From a bacterium (lineage in GTDB: Bacteria > Patescibacteriota > Patescibacteriia > Patescibacteriales > GWC2-42-12), in NCBI GenBank assembly GCA_030650415.1, contig JAUSEG010000006.1, forward strand, positions 1-50,874: a stretch of 50,874 bases of DNA, read 5' to 3'. A program made the translations under genes and the position numbers. The notes beneath the pieces are model-generated. The model worked only from the letters and a program-made list of their open reading frames with translations, made no database searches and was not told where the DNA came from. Below are positions 17,204-27,040 of this stretch, in pieces (positions within the stretch are counted from its first letter, which is position 1; each line of letters starts with the position of its first letter).

Positions 17204-20200
17204 ATGGAAAACGAAAATATTAATGTACCAGCAACGGAAAATATACCTCCGACCAAGCCATTATCGCCGCTCCAACCGAATAAGAAAAATAAACGAATTT
17301 GGCCGGGAATAGGCATAGTAATATTTTTAGCTTTAGTTGTTTTTATTTCAGCTTTCTTTTATTTTCAAACACGGACGACCGGTCCTTTAGGCGGCAAGAC
17401 CCCGGAAAGAAAAGATTTATTTAGCGGCTTTTCAAAACTAATTATCAGCGCTGCTAATGCCAATGATAACTTTACTTTAAAACCTTTAAACATTGATAGT
17501 TTGGGTGTTAAGGCTGATACGGTTTATGTGATAAAAAGCAAAGAACCCTTGAATACGGATATAATTAAAGACAATTTGCAAATTAAGCCTGATTTTCCTT
17601 ATGACTTTAAAAAAATTTCTGACACAGAATGGCATTTAGTACCGCGCCAGACCCTGCCGGCCAATACCTTAGTGCAGATTGCCTTAGCCACGGCTTATAT
17701 CGATGAGAATAATCAAACCCAAGAACGCGATTATTCCTGGGTATATCAAGTCAAGGATAGTTTTAAAGTGCTTCATAGTATTCCTCGTGACGCCGGCACG
17801 AATGTTCCGGTTAATACTGGTGTTGAGATTACTTTTAGCCATGACAATTACTACGATTATGAAAAATATTTTTCTATTAATCCTTCAGTTAAGGGAAAAT
17901 TTGAACAGCACGGCCGCACTTTAGTTTTCGTTCCAGAAACAACCTTAAATTTTAAAACCTTATATCAAGTTACGATTAAGCGCGGTTTGCCGTTAGCCGA
18001 TTCCGCGGAAACTTTAGCCTCTGATTATATTTTTACTTTTGAAACTCAGTTAGCCAGTAATGCCAAAGCTAATAATTGGTATGGAGTTTATGACCGATTG
18101 ATTGAGGCTAATTCCCAAGACGCGCCAATTATACAAGTTTCTTCTTATGCGGCGCCCGACCAGCTGGAAGTTGAAATTTTTCGTTTTAATGATTGGCAGG
18201 AATATTTAGAGTCAATCCGCGAACGTGATAATTTGCCCTGGTGGTCTTACAGTAAAGACGATTTTTTAATGGCTACCGCCAAATTAAAAAAGATCAGCAT
18301 CTTTACCGTACCGGTGAAGGCAAACAGCCAGGTAAAATACATCGAATTCCCAGAAAAGTTGCCCCCAGGTTTTTATTTAGCCGAATTGAAAAACAATAAC
18401 GATAAAGTGCAAGTCTGGATACAAGTAAGCGATTTATCAGCTTATTATAATGTGACAAAAACCCAGACGATTTTTTGGGTAAACGATAATATAAATAAAA
18501 ATCCGGTTAGCGGCGTTAAATTGGAATTACTTGATAGTTCATTATCGGTTTTAACCGACGCGCAGGGCGTGGCTGTATTTAAAACGCCGGACGAGATATT
18601 AAATAATGCCACTAACGAAAAAGTCGCTAAGCGCCAGTATTTTAAATTAAACAAAGACAATGGCACCTTAATTTTACCGGCCTCGCAAATTTCGCATGAT
18701 TGGTGGTGGAATCGTCCAGTCGCGGCTGATAATTACTGGCTCTATCTTTATACTGACCGGCCGCGCTATCAGACGACCGACACGATAAAATTTTGGGGGC
18801 TGGTTAAAGACCGCAGCTCTAAATCCATAAATGAAAAAGCCACTTTGACGCTTTTTAAGGAAGGGTATGTCGATTATTATTATCAACCGGTAGCCATTAT
18901 GAGCCAGGAGCTAAAAATTAGCGACTTGGATACTTTTAAGGGCGAGATGGCGATAAAAAATTTACGCCCCGATTATTACACCCTGGAATTAAAAATCGGT
19001 GAAATCGTGGTTAAACGAAGCTATATAACCATCATGCCTTATACCAAGCCAGCTTTTCAGTTAAGCCTGGTGCCGGATCATCATGCGGCTTTCGCCGGCG
19101 ATACGATTAATTTAAAAGTTAAAGCCAATTTTTTTGAAGGCACTCCGGTACCGGCTTTGTCGCTCAAGTTTGAAACTCCGGAAAAAGTAGAAAAAATATT
19201 TACTACCGATGAGAATGGGGAGGCTAATTTGACGTATACTGCAAATTATAATGATTGCCCTGACGATTACGGCTGTTGGCCGAAATCAACCAGATTATCA
19301 ATCTCGCCGGAAAATTCCGAACTGGCGGAAATCAGCGCTGAAACTTATGTTAATTTTTACGGCCCGAAAGTTTATCTTGAAAGTAAAACCATTTATCCTG
19401 CCAAAGGCCAGGGCCAGGTGGAAATGACCGCCAAGTTAATTGATTTGGCTAAACTGGAAACTGATGAATCGGGGAGTCGGAGTCTGGGCGACAGACCGGC
19501 GGCCGGAATTAAGATTGAAGGTGATTTAATAAAGACTTCATATGTTAAGAAGGAAACCGGCACAGCCTACGATTTTATCAACAAAACCAGCTATAAAACT
19601 TATAGCTACGACAGGCGCGAGGAAAAAGTCAGGAGTTTCAGCGGTATGACCGACCAAAATGGCCAATATATTTTTAAACAGCAGCTTGAACCGGAAATTT
19701 CCTACCAGCTCAAGTATCGCGTTATTGACAGCCAAGGCCGATTCGACAACCAGACCAATTATTTATATTACTATAACGGTATTTCCCTTAATCACTACGA
19801 TGGCTTTAACTACCAATATTATCATTTAAGCTTAACTGACCCCATAACCCAGCAAATTAAAACTTACTCGGTTAATGATCAAGTTAAGGCAATTTTTAAG
19901 AAAAATGATGAGCCGGTGCAAAATGGCAGCAACCGTTTTCTCTATCTAGAGCTCCAAAACGGCTTACAGGAATATCAGATTACCAGTAAAAACGAATACA
20001 ACTTTGCTTTTGAATCCCGCGATGTACCGAACGTTAATCTGGTTGGAGTTTATTTTGACGGCCAGTCGTACCACTCAACTGCCGCAAGCTACTGGGGCGA
20101 TTCGATCAATTTTAAAACCGCGGACAGGCAGCTAAAAGTCAAAGTTGAAACCGATAAAGATAACTACTTGCCCGGCGAAAATGTCAAATTAAATTTTGCG

Positions 20201-22699
20201 GTAACTGACATGAATAATAAACCCTTGCCGGCGGAAATAAACTTAAATTTAGTGGATGAAGCCTATTATGCGGTAGCCGAAGATACGGCCGCCCCCTTAG
20301 AATCAATTTATACCAACGTTGGCATGGGCACTTTGATGGCATTTTCTACCCATGAAAGCCTAGTTGATAGTTCTGGCGGCGCGGAAAAAGGCGGTTGTTT
20401 TACTGCCGGTACAAATATTTTACTGGCCGACGGGACGAATAAGCCGATAGAAAAAATGGCCGTAGGCGACCAGGTATTAACCTTTAGCGACCCGGTCAGC
20501 CGGCAATTAATCGTCGGCCGGGTAGAAGAGGTGGTTGAACATTTGGTCGGCGAATACCTGATTATCAACAAAAAAATCAAGATTACTCCGGAACACCAGG
20601 TTTTTTCCAATAATCATTTTGTTGATGCCGGCCGGTTGAAAGCAGGCGACTGGCTTTGGTCACCCGCCAGAGAAAAAGTCTTCGTGCGCGACATCGAAAT
20701 AAAGCATGAATTGGTAAAAGTCTATAACCTGCGCATTGACCCGCAGCATACTTACATTGCCGATGGCATTTGGGTTCATAATGCTGAAAAGGGCGGCGGA
20801 GCCAGAGAATATTTTACCGATGCCGCCGTCTTTCAGTCCGTCCGCACCGGCAGCGACGGCCGGGCAAATACCGAATTTAAACTACCGGATAACATCACTT
20901 CTTGGCGCGTGACAGCGCAGGGTTTAACTCAAGATTTATGGGCCGGGGTAAGTGTTACCAAGATCCCGGTATCTTTGCCGGTTTTTGCCGAAGTGACTAT
21001 CGGTAATGAATATTTAACCGCAGATAAACCCTTGGCGCGTTTACGCGCCTACGGTACTGCTTTGACTGCCGCCGACAAAGTTGATTTTTTATTGTCAGCT
21101 CCGACCTTAGGTTTAGATAAATCACCGATTCTTTCCGCCCCGGCTTTTAAGCCTGTCTATTATAATTTACCGGCGTTGTCCTTGGGTGAGCATAAAATCG
21201 TTTATGAATTAAAATCAGCCAAAGGCGATGACGCCATTAAGCTGCCGCTTCAGGTGGTTAGCTCGCGGCTGGCAGGACAGACGTCCCAAAGCAGCCAGCT
21301 TACTACCGAGACTAAGGTCAAAGCGATTAATAATTTCCCCATGGCGGTGGTGTTAAGTGATTTAGGCCGGAATGAACTTTACGACCCGCTGCTGAATTTA
21401 AGCTGGTCCTGGGGCGACCGTCTTGATCAAAAGTATGTCCGTAAATTAAGCCGGGAGGCTTTAAAAAAGTACTACCAGGAAGATATCATTGAGCCGGCTT
21501 TTAACCCTTTTGATTATCAGCTTTCCGGCGGCGGCCTGACTTTACTGCCGTATAGCAGTGAAGACTTGGAGTTTTCCGCCAGAGTGTCGGCCTTGGGCGC
21601 GGAGGCGTTTGACAAGATTTCTTTAGCCCAGTATTTTTATAAAAAGCTGGAGGACAATCAGGCTAATCGCGAGGAAATTAGTTATGCTTTGTTCGGTTTG
21701 GCCGAATTAGGCGAGCCGGTACTAACCAGGATTAACTCTTGGCTGAAGCGGACCGACTTAAGCCCCAAGGAGCAACTTTATCTGGCCCAAGCGCTGGTTG
21801 ATTTAGGAGCTAAAGAGTTGAGTCAGACAATTTTTTATGGAGTTTTAAAGCAATACGGCGAGGAAAAATTACCGCAAATCGTCATCCGCGTCAGCAACAA
21901 TTACGATGAAGTCTTCCAGGCTACGGCCATCGCCGCAGTCTTGGCCGCTTCGCTCGACGTTAGCGAAGCCAAGGGCTTGTTTAAATATTTAGCAGAGAAC
22001 CAGGCTTTATACGGCCAAAATAAAAACAGTGAGAATTTGTTTAGCTTGGAAAAATTAAATTATATAAAACATGTTTTACCTAATTTAAAACCCAGCCCGG
22101 CCAAAGTAGCCTATGAATTAGCGGGTGAAACCAAAGAAGTTAATGTTACCGGCAGTAATTTATATTCTTTCCAATTGGCTCCGGAACAAGCCGGCAGCCT
22201 TAATTTTAAGTCCGTTACCGGCCAGGTAGGAATTTCCGTACGCTACCTAGAAACGTTGGACTTAAATAAAGTTAAACGCGACAGCGATATAAGCGTTAGG
22301 CGAGAATATTACGTTAACGGAGCGCCAACCACGCAAATTAAGGAAAAAGATTTAGTGGAAGTCAGGCTTTATCCGGTTTTTAACAAACAAGCCCTGTCCG
22401 GCAATTACCAGATTACCGATATATTGCCGAGCGGCTTAGCGCCGGTTACTAAATTATATTACCGCGGTAATAATTATGAATGCAATTATTGGTATCCTTA
22501 TAACACCGACGGGCAAATGGTCAAATATTTTATTAATCGGGATTGGCGCAGTAATTATTGCGGCGGCGATTATATTAAATATTATGCGCGCGTAAAAAAT
22601 CGCGGAGTTTATTCGGCTGAACCCGCTATTATCCAATCGTTTGTCAACCCCGATTTTATTAATTACTCTAATTCCCAAAGCATAACCATTGCCGAATAA
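17204..22699 (+). CDS. Membrane-anchored bacterial alpha-2-macroglobulin-family protein with Ig-like domains and an internal Hint domain
   Basis: N-terminal TM; Big_5-like PxxxL..xTxYxV repeats; YLYTDRPRY (MG2); TDKDNYLPGE; LVDEA; REYF...FKLPDNITSWRVTA; YQ..GG; ITDILPSGL; Y.ARV...G.Y.AEPA. Confidence 0.9.
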   Translation: MENENINVPATENIPPTKPLSPLQPNKKNKRIWPGIGIVIFLALVVFISAFFYFQTRTTGPLGGKTPERKDLFSGFSKLIISAANANDNFTLKPLNIDSLGVKADTVYVIKSKEPLNTDIIKDNLQIKPDFPYDFKKISDTEWHLVPRQTLPANTLVQIALATAYIDENNQTQERDYSWVYQVKDSFKVLHSIPRDAGTNVPVNTGVEITFSHDNYYDYEKYFSINPSVKGKFEQHGRTLVFVPETTLNFKTLYQVTIKRGLPLADSAETLASDYIFTFETQLASNAKANNWYGVYDRLIEANSQDAPIIQVSSYAAPDQLEVEIFRFNDWQEYLESIRERDNLPWWSYSKDDFLMATAKLKKISIFTVPVKANSQVKYIEFPEKLPPGFYLAELKNNNDKVQVWIQVSDLSAYYNVTKTQTIFWVNDNINKNPVSGVKLELLDSSLSVLTDAQGVAVFKTPDEILNNATNEKVAKRQYFKLNKDNGTLILPASQISHDWWWNRPVAADNYWLYLYTDRPRYQTTDTIKFWGLVKDRSSKSINEKATLTLFKEGYVDYYYQPVAIMSQELKISDLDTFKGEMAIKNLRPDYYTLELKIGEIVVKRSYITIMPYTKPAFQLSLVPDHHAAFAGDTINLKVKANFFEGTPVPALSLKFETPEKVEKIFTTDENGEANLTYTANYNDCPDDYGCWPKSTRLSISPENSELAEISAETYVNFYGPKVYLESKTIYPAKGQGQVEMTAKLIDLAKLETDESGSRSLGDRPAAGIKIEGDLIKTSYVKKETGTAYDFINKTSYKTYSYDRREEKVRSFSGMTDQNGQYIFKQQLEPEISYQLKYRVIDSQGRFDNQTNYLYYYNGISLNHYDGFNYQYYHLSLTDPITQQIKTYSVNDQVKAIFKKNDEPVQNGSNRFLYLELQNGLQEYQITSKNEYNFAFESRDVPNVNLVGVYFDGQSYHSTAASYWGDSINFKTADRQLKVKVETDKDNYLPGENVKLNFAVTDMNNKPLPAEINLNLVDEAYYAVAEDTAAPLESIYTNVGMGTLMAFSTHESLVDSSGGAEKGGCFTAGTNILLADGTNKPIEKMAVGDQVLTFSDPVSRQLIVGRVEEVVEHLVGEYLIINKKIKITPEHQVFSNNHFVDAGRLKAGDWLWSPAREKVFVRDIEIKHELVKVYNLRIDPQHTYIADGIWVHNAEKGGGAREYFTDAAVFQSVRTGSDGRANTEFKLPDNITSWRVTAQGLTQDLWAGVSVTKIPVSLPVFAEVTIGNEYLTADKPLARLRAYGTALTAADKVDFLLSAPTLGLDKSPILSAPAFKPVYYNLPALSLGEHKIVYELKSAKGDDAIKLPLQVVSSRLAGQTSQSSQLTTETKVKAINNFPMAVVLSDLGRNELYDPLLNLSWSWGDRLDQKYVRKLSREALKKYYQEDIIEPAFNPFDYQLSGGGLTLLPYSSEDLEFSARVSALGAEAFDKISLAQYFYKKLEDNQANREEISYALFGLAELGEPVLTRINSWLKRTDLSPKEQLYLAQALVDLGAKELSQTIFYGVLKQYGEEKLPQIVIRVSNNYDEVFQATAIAAVLAASLDVSEAKGLFKYLAENQALYGQNKNSENLFSLEKLNYIKHVLPNLKPSPAKVAYELAGETKEVNVTGSNLYSFQLAPEQAGSLNFKSVTGQVGISVRYLETLDLNKVKRDSDISVRREYYVNGAPTTQIKEKDLVEVRLYPVFNKQALSGNYQITDILPSGLAPVTKLYYRGNNYECNYWYPYNTDGQMVKYFINRDWRSNYCGGDYIKYYARVKNRGVYSAEPAIIQSFVNPDFINYSNSQSITIAE
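20396..20782 (+). other. Hint (intein-like) domain, 129 aa, residues C1065-N1193, no homing endonuclease
   Basis: Block A CFTAGTNILLADG..KPIE....GDQV; block B ITPEH; block F VYNLRID..HTYIADG; block G VHN; +1 residue is Ala. Confidence 0.92.
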
Positions 22700-23610
22700 T
22701 GAATAAACTATCCAATAATATAATTATCATTATCGGTTTGAGCTGTTGTCTGGTATTATTGTTTTGTTTTTGGTTTATCAAACCGTTAAAATTATCACCG
22801 CATCCGGCTGACAAACAAAATATTTCAAATTTGCCACTAGTGGAAATGCAAGACAGTTTTTATAACCGAGAACAATTTTTTTCAGCCATAAAAAAGGCCG
22901 ATGAAATAATACCTCAATCCGATGTCTACGCGATTATTGTGCCGCATCACTTGGTCGGCGCCGATATCATAGCCGAACTGATAAAAATAGCTAGTGGCCG
23001 GCAAATTAATACGGTGGTTGTTATCGGGCCTAATCATGAAAATGTCGGCCGCGAACCGCTGGCTAGCGCGCCGGTTAATTGGCAGACGCCCGAAGGTGAT
23101 TTGCCCGCCAACGTTAAGCTGGAGGAATTATTTTTAACCGACAACCGGCTACAGCCTAACCCATCGGCGCTGGAAAAAGAACATTCAGTCGGCGCGATAA
23201 TGCCATTTATTAAGCATTATTGGCCCCAAGCGCAAGTCCTGCCTATAGTTTTATCTTCTTATGCCGGAAAAGCCGGAGCTGAAAAATTAAGCGATTGGCT
23301 TAAAAGCCGTTTAGGAAAAAACTGTCTGGTTATTTTTTCCCTTGACTTTTCCCATTATCTGACGAAAGGGGAAGCGGATTTAAAAGATGAAGAAACCAAA
23401 AATTTAATAGAAAATTTTTTAATTGATAAAATTTACAACTTAAATAACGACTATCTGGATTCGCCGGCCGGTCTGGCTACGGCCATGCTGTTGGCGCAAA
23501 AATCCGGTCTTAAAGTTTCTTTTATCCGTCATAGTAATTCCTTTGATTACGCCATCTCTAAACCGGCGGCCACCACCAGTTATTTTGGGATTGCGTTTAC
23601 AAGCGAATAG
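22699..23610 (+). CDS. AmmeMemoRadiSam protein B / MEMO1 family with N-terminal TM anchor
   Basis: IVPHH, IGPNH, EHSV, SLDFSHY, TTSYF; TAATG overlap with the A2M gene. Confidence 0.85.
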   Translation: MNKLSNNIIIIIGLSCCLVLLFCFWFIKPLKLSPHPADKQNISNLPLVEMQDSFYNREQFFSAIKKADEIIPQSDVYAIIVPHHLVGADIIAELIKIASGRQINTVVVIGPNHENVGREPLASAPVNWQTPEGDLPANVKLEELFLTDNRLQPNPSALEKEHSVGAIMPFIKHYWPQAQVLPIVLSSYAGKAGAEKLSDWLKSRLGKNCLVIFSLDFSHYLTKGEADLKDEETKNLIENFLIDKIYNLNNDYLDSPAGLATAMLLAQKSGLKVSFIRHSNSFDYAISKPAATTSYFGIAFTSE

Positions 23611-23676
23611 TTATGGATTTTTATGACTATTGGCGAATCGCCTTTTTGTATTGAAGTAAAATTATAAAATTTCGAC

Positions 23677-23708
23677 AATAAATTCACCCTGCGCTCCCTG
23701 GCGCAGGG
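23677..23708. repeat. 32-bp palindromic repeat with an identical copy at 50736-50767
   Basis: AATAAATTCACCCTGCGCTCCCTGGCGCAGGG at both sites. Confidence 0.85.
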
Positions 23709-23864
23709 CATTTACTAATCAACGGTCTAATACTATGAATATGGCTGGCCTGGCTAGATTCGCTGGATTTATTGAGAATAAAGTGCTAAGCTGAAAAAAT
23801 AGCATTATTTACCGGCTAAACCAATCAGCGTAATTCATATCAGCGTTTACTAAATTTTTCCATT

Positions 23865-24899
23865 ATGCCTGAAAATAAGATGAAAATTTTAATCGATTCG
23901 TTAAGGAGGGATTTATTGTCCGCCAAACTTATCAATGATACGGAAAAAATTTGGCGTCAGTATTTTGGCGGCAGCGGCTCCATAAAATTAGCCCTGAAAG
24001 AGATAAAGAATTTGCCGGTGGCTGAAAAAAAAGCCAAGGCGCCGCTTATGCAACGGCTTAATCAGGAGGCTCTTGATTTATTTAAGGAGAAAGAGAAATC
24101 TTTAAAAAATGATAAGTTGAAATTGGAACTCGAAGCCGGCGCGGAAGAGTTAAATTATAATTTGCCGAAAATCGGCCATCTCCATCCGATATCGCAGACA
24201 ATCAGAGAAATGAACAAGCTCTTTATAAGCATGGGCTTTAGTATTATGGATGGACCTGAAATAGAAAAAGACGAATATTGTTTCCAAAGGTTGAATGTTC
24301 CAATTGATCATCCGGCCAGAGACATGCAGGATACGATTTATATCAAAGAGCCCAATTTTTTATTAAGGACGCAAACTTCTTCAGTTGAAGCAAGGGTTAT
24401 GGAAAATTACAAGCCGCCGTTTAAAATTGTTTCGCCCGGTCGAGTTTATCGGAATGAAAATGTTAATAAAAGTAATCATTTTATTTTTCATCAATACCAA
24501 GGGCTGGTAGTTGTTGAAAAGACAAGTATGAAAGATTTATTTGGAACTCTTGATGTTTTGTTTAAAAAAATGTACGGTTCGGAGGTAGTCGTTCGTTATC
24601 GCAATAAATATTATCCGGAAGTTGAGCCGGGCGTGGGGCCGGACATGCAATGTTTCAATTGCCATGGCAAAGGATGCTCATTATGTAAAGGCATCGGTTG
24701 GATTGAAATGGGTGGCGCCGGCATTATTCATCCCGATGTTTTAAAAATGGCCGGGATTGATCCTAAAAAATGGATGGGATTCGCTTTTGGTTTGGGGCTC
24801 GATCGCTGGGTCATGGCTAAATATAACATTACGGATATTAGAACCTTATTAGGCGGTAATTTAGGTTATAAATATTACGAAAATGAAAATACTATATAG
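23865..24899 (+). CDS. pheS: Phenylalanyl-tRNA synthetase alpha subunit
   Basis: GHLHPI, HPARDMQDT, LLRTQTS, PGRVYR, FHQ, GFAFGLGLDR. Confidence 0.96.
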   Translation: MPENKMKILIDSLRRDLLSAKLINDTEKIWRQYFGGSGSIKLALKEIKNLPVAEKKAKAPLMQRLNQEALDLFKEKEKSLKNDKLKLELEAGAEELNYNLPKIGHLHPISQTIREMNKLFISMGFSIMDGPEIEKDEYCFQRLNVPIDHPARDMQDTIYIKEPNFLLRTQTSSVEARVMENYKPPFKIVSPGRVYRNENVNKSNHFIFHQYQGLVVVEKTSMKDLFGTLDVLFKKMYGSEVVVRYRNKYYPEVEPGVGPDMQCFNCHGKGCSLCKGIGWIEMGGAGIIHPDVLKMAGIDPKKWMGFAFGLGLDRWVMAKYNITDIRTLLGGNLGYKYYENENTI

Positions 24900-26847
24900 C
24901 CAAATTAAAGAATTAGTGCCCGGTCTAAAAGCCGGTCCGAAAGAAGTGGGGGAAGCTTTAAGCTTAACCGGTTTTATGATGGACAGTTTTAGCGAAGTTC
25001 TATGTAAAGGAGCTAAAGATTATTTGATCGGACTAGAAATCAGGCAAAATCGCGCTGATTGTCTTAGCGTTTTAGGTTTGGCGAGAGAAGTTGCCGCCTA
25101 CTACAACCTTAAAATCTCAATGCCGAAAGTTAAGCCAGTGGCCGGGAAGGGAAAACAATTGGATATTAAGATAGAGGCGGCTGATTATGTAAAGCGAGTT
25201 TTGGCGGTTCAAATTGATGGAATTACAAATAGAGAATCGCCGGATTGGCTTAAGGAGTATGTCGCCTTCTATGGTTTAAACAGCATAAGCCTCTTAGTTG
25301 ATTTATCAAATTATGTCATGCTGCTAACCGGCTATCCGTCGCATTTAATCGATTACAAAAAAATAACCGGTCAAGTATCATGGTCGTTAAATCGTAATTT
25401 TGACCAGATGACGACTCTATTAGGAGCTTCGGTAAAGTTGCAAAAGAATACCGAACTGATAATTAGAGACGAAAAAAATATTTTAGCTTTGGCTGGCATA
25501 GTTGGCGGGACAGAAGCGGCCATTGGCATGGAAACAACCTCGATTATCGCCGAAGTCGCAGTTTACAACCGCTCGATCGTTAGAAAAAATTCAAGGAGTT
25601 TAAGCATCACAACCGAGGCGAGCCACCGCCTGGAGAAGGAGATTGATTCAACCAGTTCATACTATGCCCTGCAATTACTGGTTTTTTTGATTATTAAATA
25701 TGCCGGAGGCGATGTCTCCAGCGGATTATTCGATTATTATCCGAAAGAACATCTTTCTCCAATAATAAAATTTGACACCAGTCTGCCCGGTAAATTTTCG
25801 GGTGTTGAAATTTCCGAGAAAAATGCGCTTAAAATATTAAAGAATTTGGATTTTAGCATTGCCAAAAAACCTGGTTCATTCTTTGTTTCCCCGCCTATTT
25901 ACAGGATGGACGTTTCAATAGCTGAAGATCTGGTTGAAGAAGTTATTAGAATGCATGGCTATAATAAAATACCTTCGAATGAAATTCCTAAGCTTGAAAT
26001 AGTCCAAGAGATTACCCCTAAAAATATCATTTTGACAGAAAAAATCAGAGACATTTTAGCTGCTTTGGGTTTCGATGAAATTTTATCGTGGCCGTTAACG
26101 AAGACTGGTGATAACGAACAGGTTAATTATCTCGATTGGAACATGGTTGCTGCGCAGAATTCATTTAATGACGCCTATCCTAACCTACGGCAATCGATAA
26201 CGGTCGGATTATTAAATCAATTGAATGAATATATCAAAAAGAAGGTTGATTTTATAAATATTTTTGAAATTGGTAAAGTTTTTGGCGAGAAGAACGGTGA
26301 ATATATGGAACATGAAGCGTTGGGAATAATCTCGACTTCAAACGTAGAGGCAATAGCAGAGTTTAAAAATAAAACGGAATCGTTATTACGTTTGATAGGG
26401 CTTGGCGATATTAAATATTTTGAGGCCGCAGCCAAACCAAAAATAGCCAATGCCAGTTCCTGTTGGGAAATTTATGCCAGCGGAGAAAATATCGGGATTT
26501 TTTATAAACTTATCCCGCAGGAAGCAAAGCTAAACGTGTATTCTGCGGAAATAAACATAACCAAAATAACCGGGCTGCTCTTAAAGATACAAAACAATCC
26601 GGTGGTTGAGATTACCCAAAAATTAATCACCCTTGACGCCAATATAGAGCTAAGCGCCAAAGAATCAATTTATAAGTATTTAGATAAACTTGAAAAAAAA
26701 TTGAATAAAAATCATATCTGGAGCGTAAATGTTGCCGATACTTATCCTTTGGGAGAGAAAGTCAGATATACCTTGCGAGTGACCTATCAGGAATTATCCG
26801 ACCAGGATGCCAAAAAAATCCATCTAAAAATTTTTGAATTAAAATAA
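24883..26847 (+). CDS. pheT: Phenylalanyl-tRNA synthetase beta subunit, short form without the OB domain
   Basis: NRADCLSVLGLARE, LAGIVGG, RMDVSIAEDLVEEVIRMHGY, IFEIGKVF. Confidence 0.93.
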   Translation: MKILYSQIKELVPGLKAGPKEVGEALSLTGFMMDSFSEVLCKGAKDYLIGLEIRQNRADCLSVLGLAREVAAYYNLKISMPKVKPVAGKGKQLDIKIEAADYVKRVLAVQIDGITNRESPDWLKEYVAFYGLNSISLLVDLSNYVMLLTGYPSHLIDYKKITGQVSWSLNRNFDQMTTLLGASVKLQKNTELIIRDEKNILALAGIVGGTEAAIGMETTSIIAEVAVYNRSIVRKNSRSLSITTEASHRLEKEIDSTSSYYALQLLVFLIIKYAGGDVSSGLFDYYPKEHLSPIIKFDTSLPGKFSGVEISEKNALKILKNLDFSIAKKPGSFFVSPPIYRMDVSIAEDLVEEVIRMHGYNKIPSNEIPKLEIVQEITPKNIILTEKIRDILAALGFDEILSWPLTKTGDNEQVNYLDWNMVAAQNSFNDAYPNLRQSITVGLLNQLNEYIKKKVDFINIFEIGKVFGEKNGEYMEHEALGIISTSNVEAIAEFKNKTESLLRLIGLGDIKYFEAAAKPKIANASSCWEIYASGENIGIFYKLIPQEAKLNVYSAEINITKITGLLLKIQNNPVVEITQKLITLDANIELSAKESIYKYLDKLEKKLNKNHIWSVNVADTYPLGEKVRYTLRVTYQELSDQDAKKIHLKIFELK

Positions 26848-27040
26848 TTATTTTATGGATTTTTATAAAGGCTAAGGGCAATATTTTCTATGTTGAATTG
26901 CCGGGTAATGTTTAAAATAAAAAATTATATAAAAATAGGCGCCTTAAAAGGGCGGCCTATTTTTTGTGGTTTATTTAGTCTTATCGCCGATTTTATGATA
27001 TAATAGAGGCAAGAAAATTAGAAAAATTTTTCATAAAATC

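Noticed and set aside
20396..20782. Ordinary selfish intein
   Set aside because: No homing endonuclease, +1 is Ala rather than Cys/Ser/Thr, and the host is an exported protein. Non-canonical splicing is not excluded.
23711..23864. T-box riboswitch before pheS
   Set aside because: No GGTGGNACC T-box sequence or terminator found.
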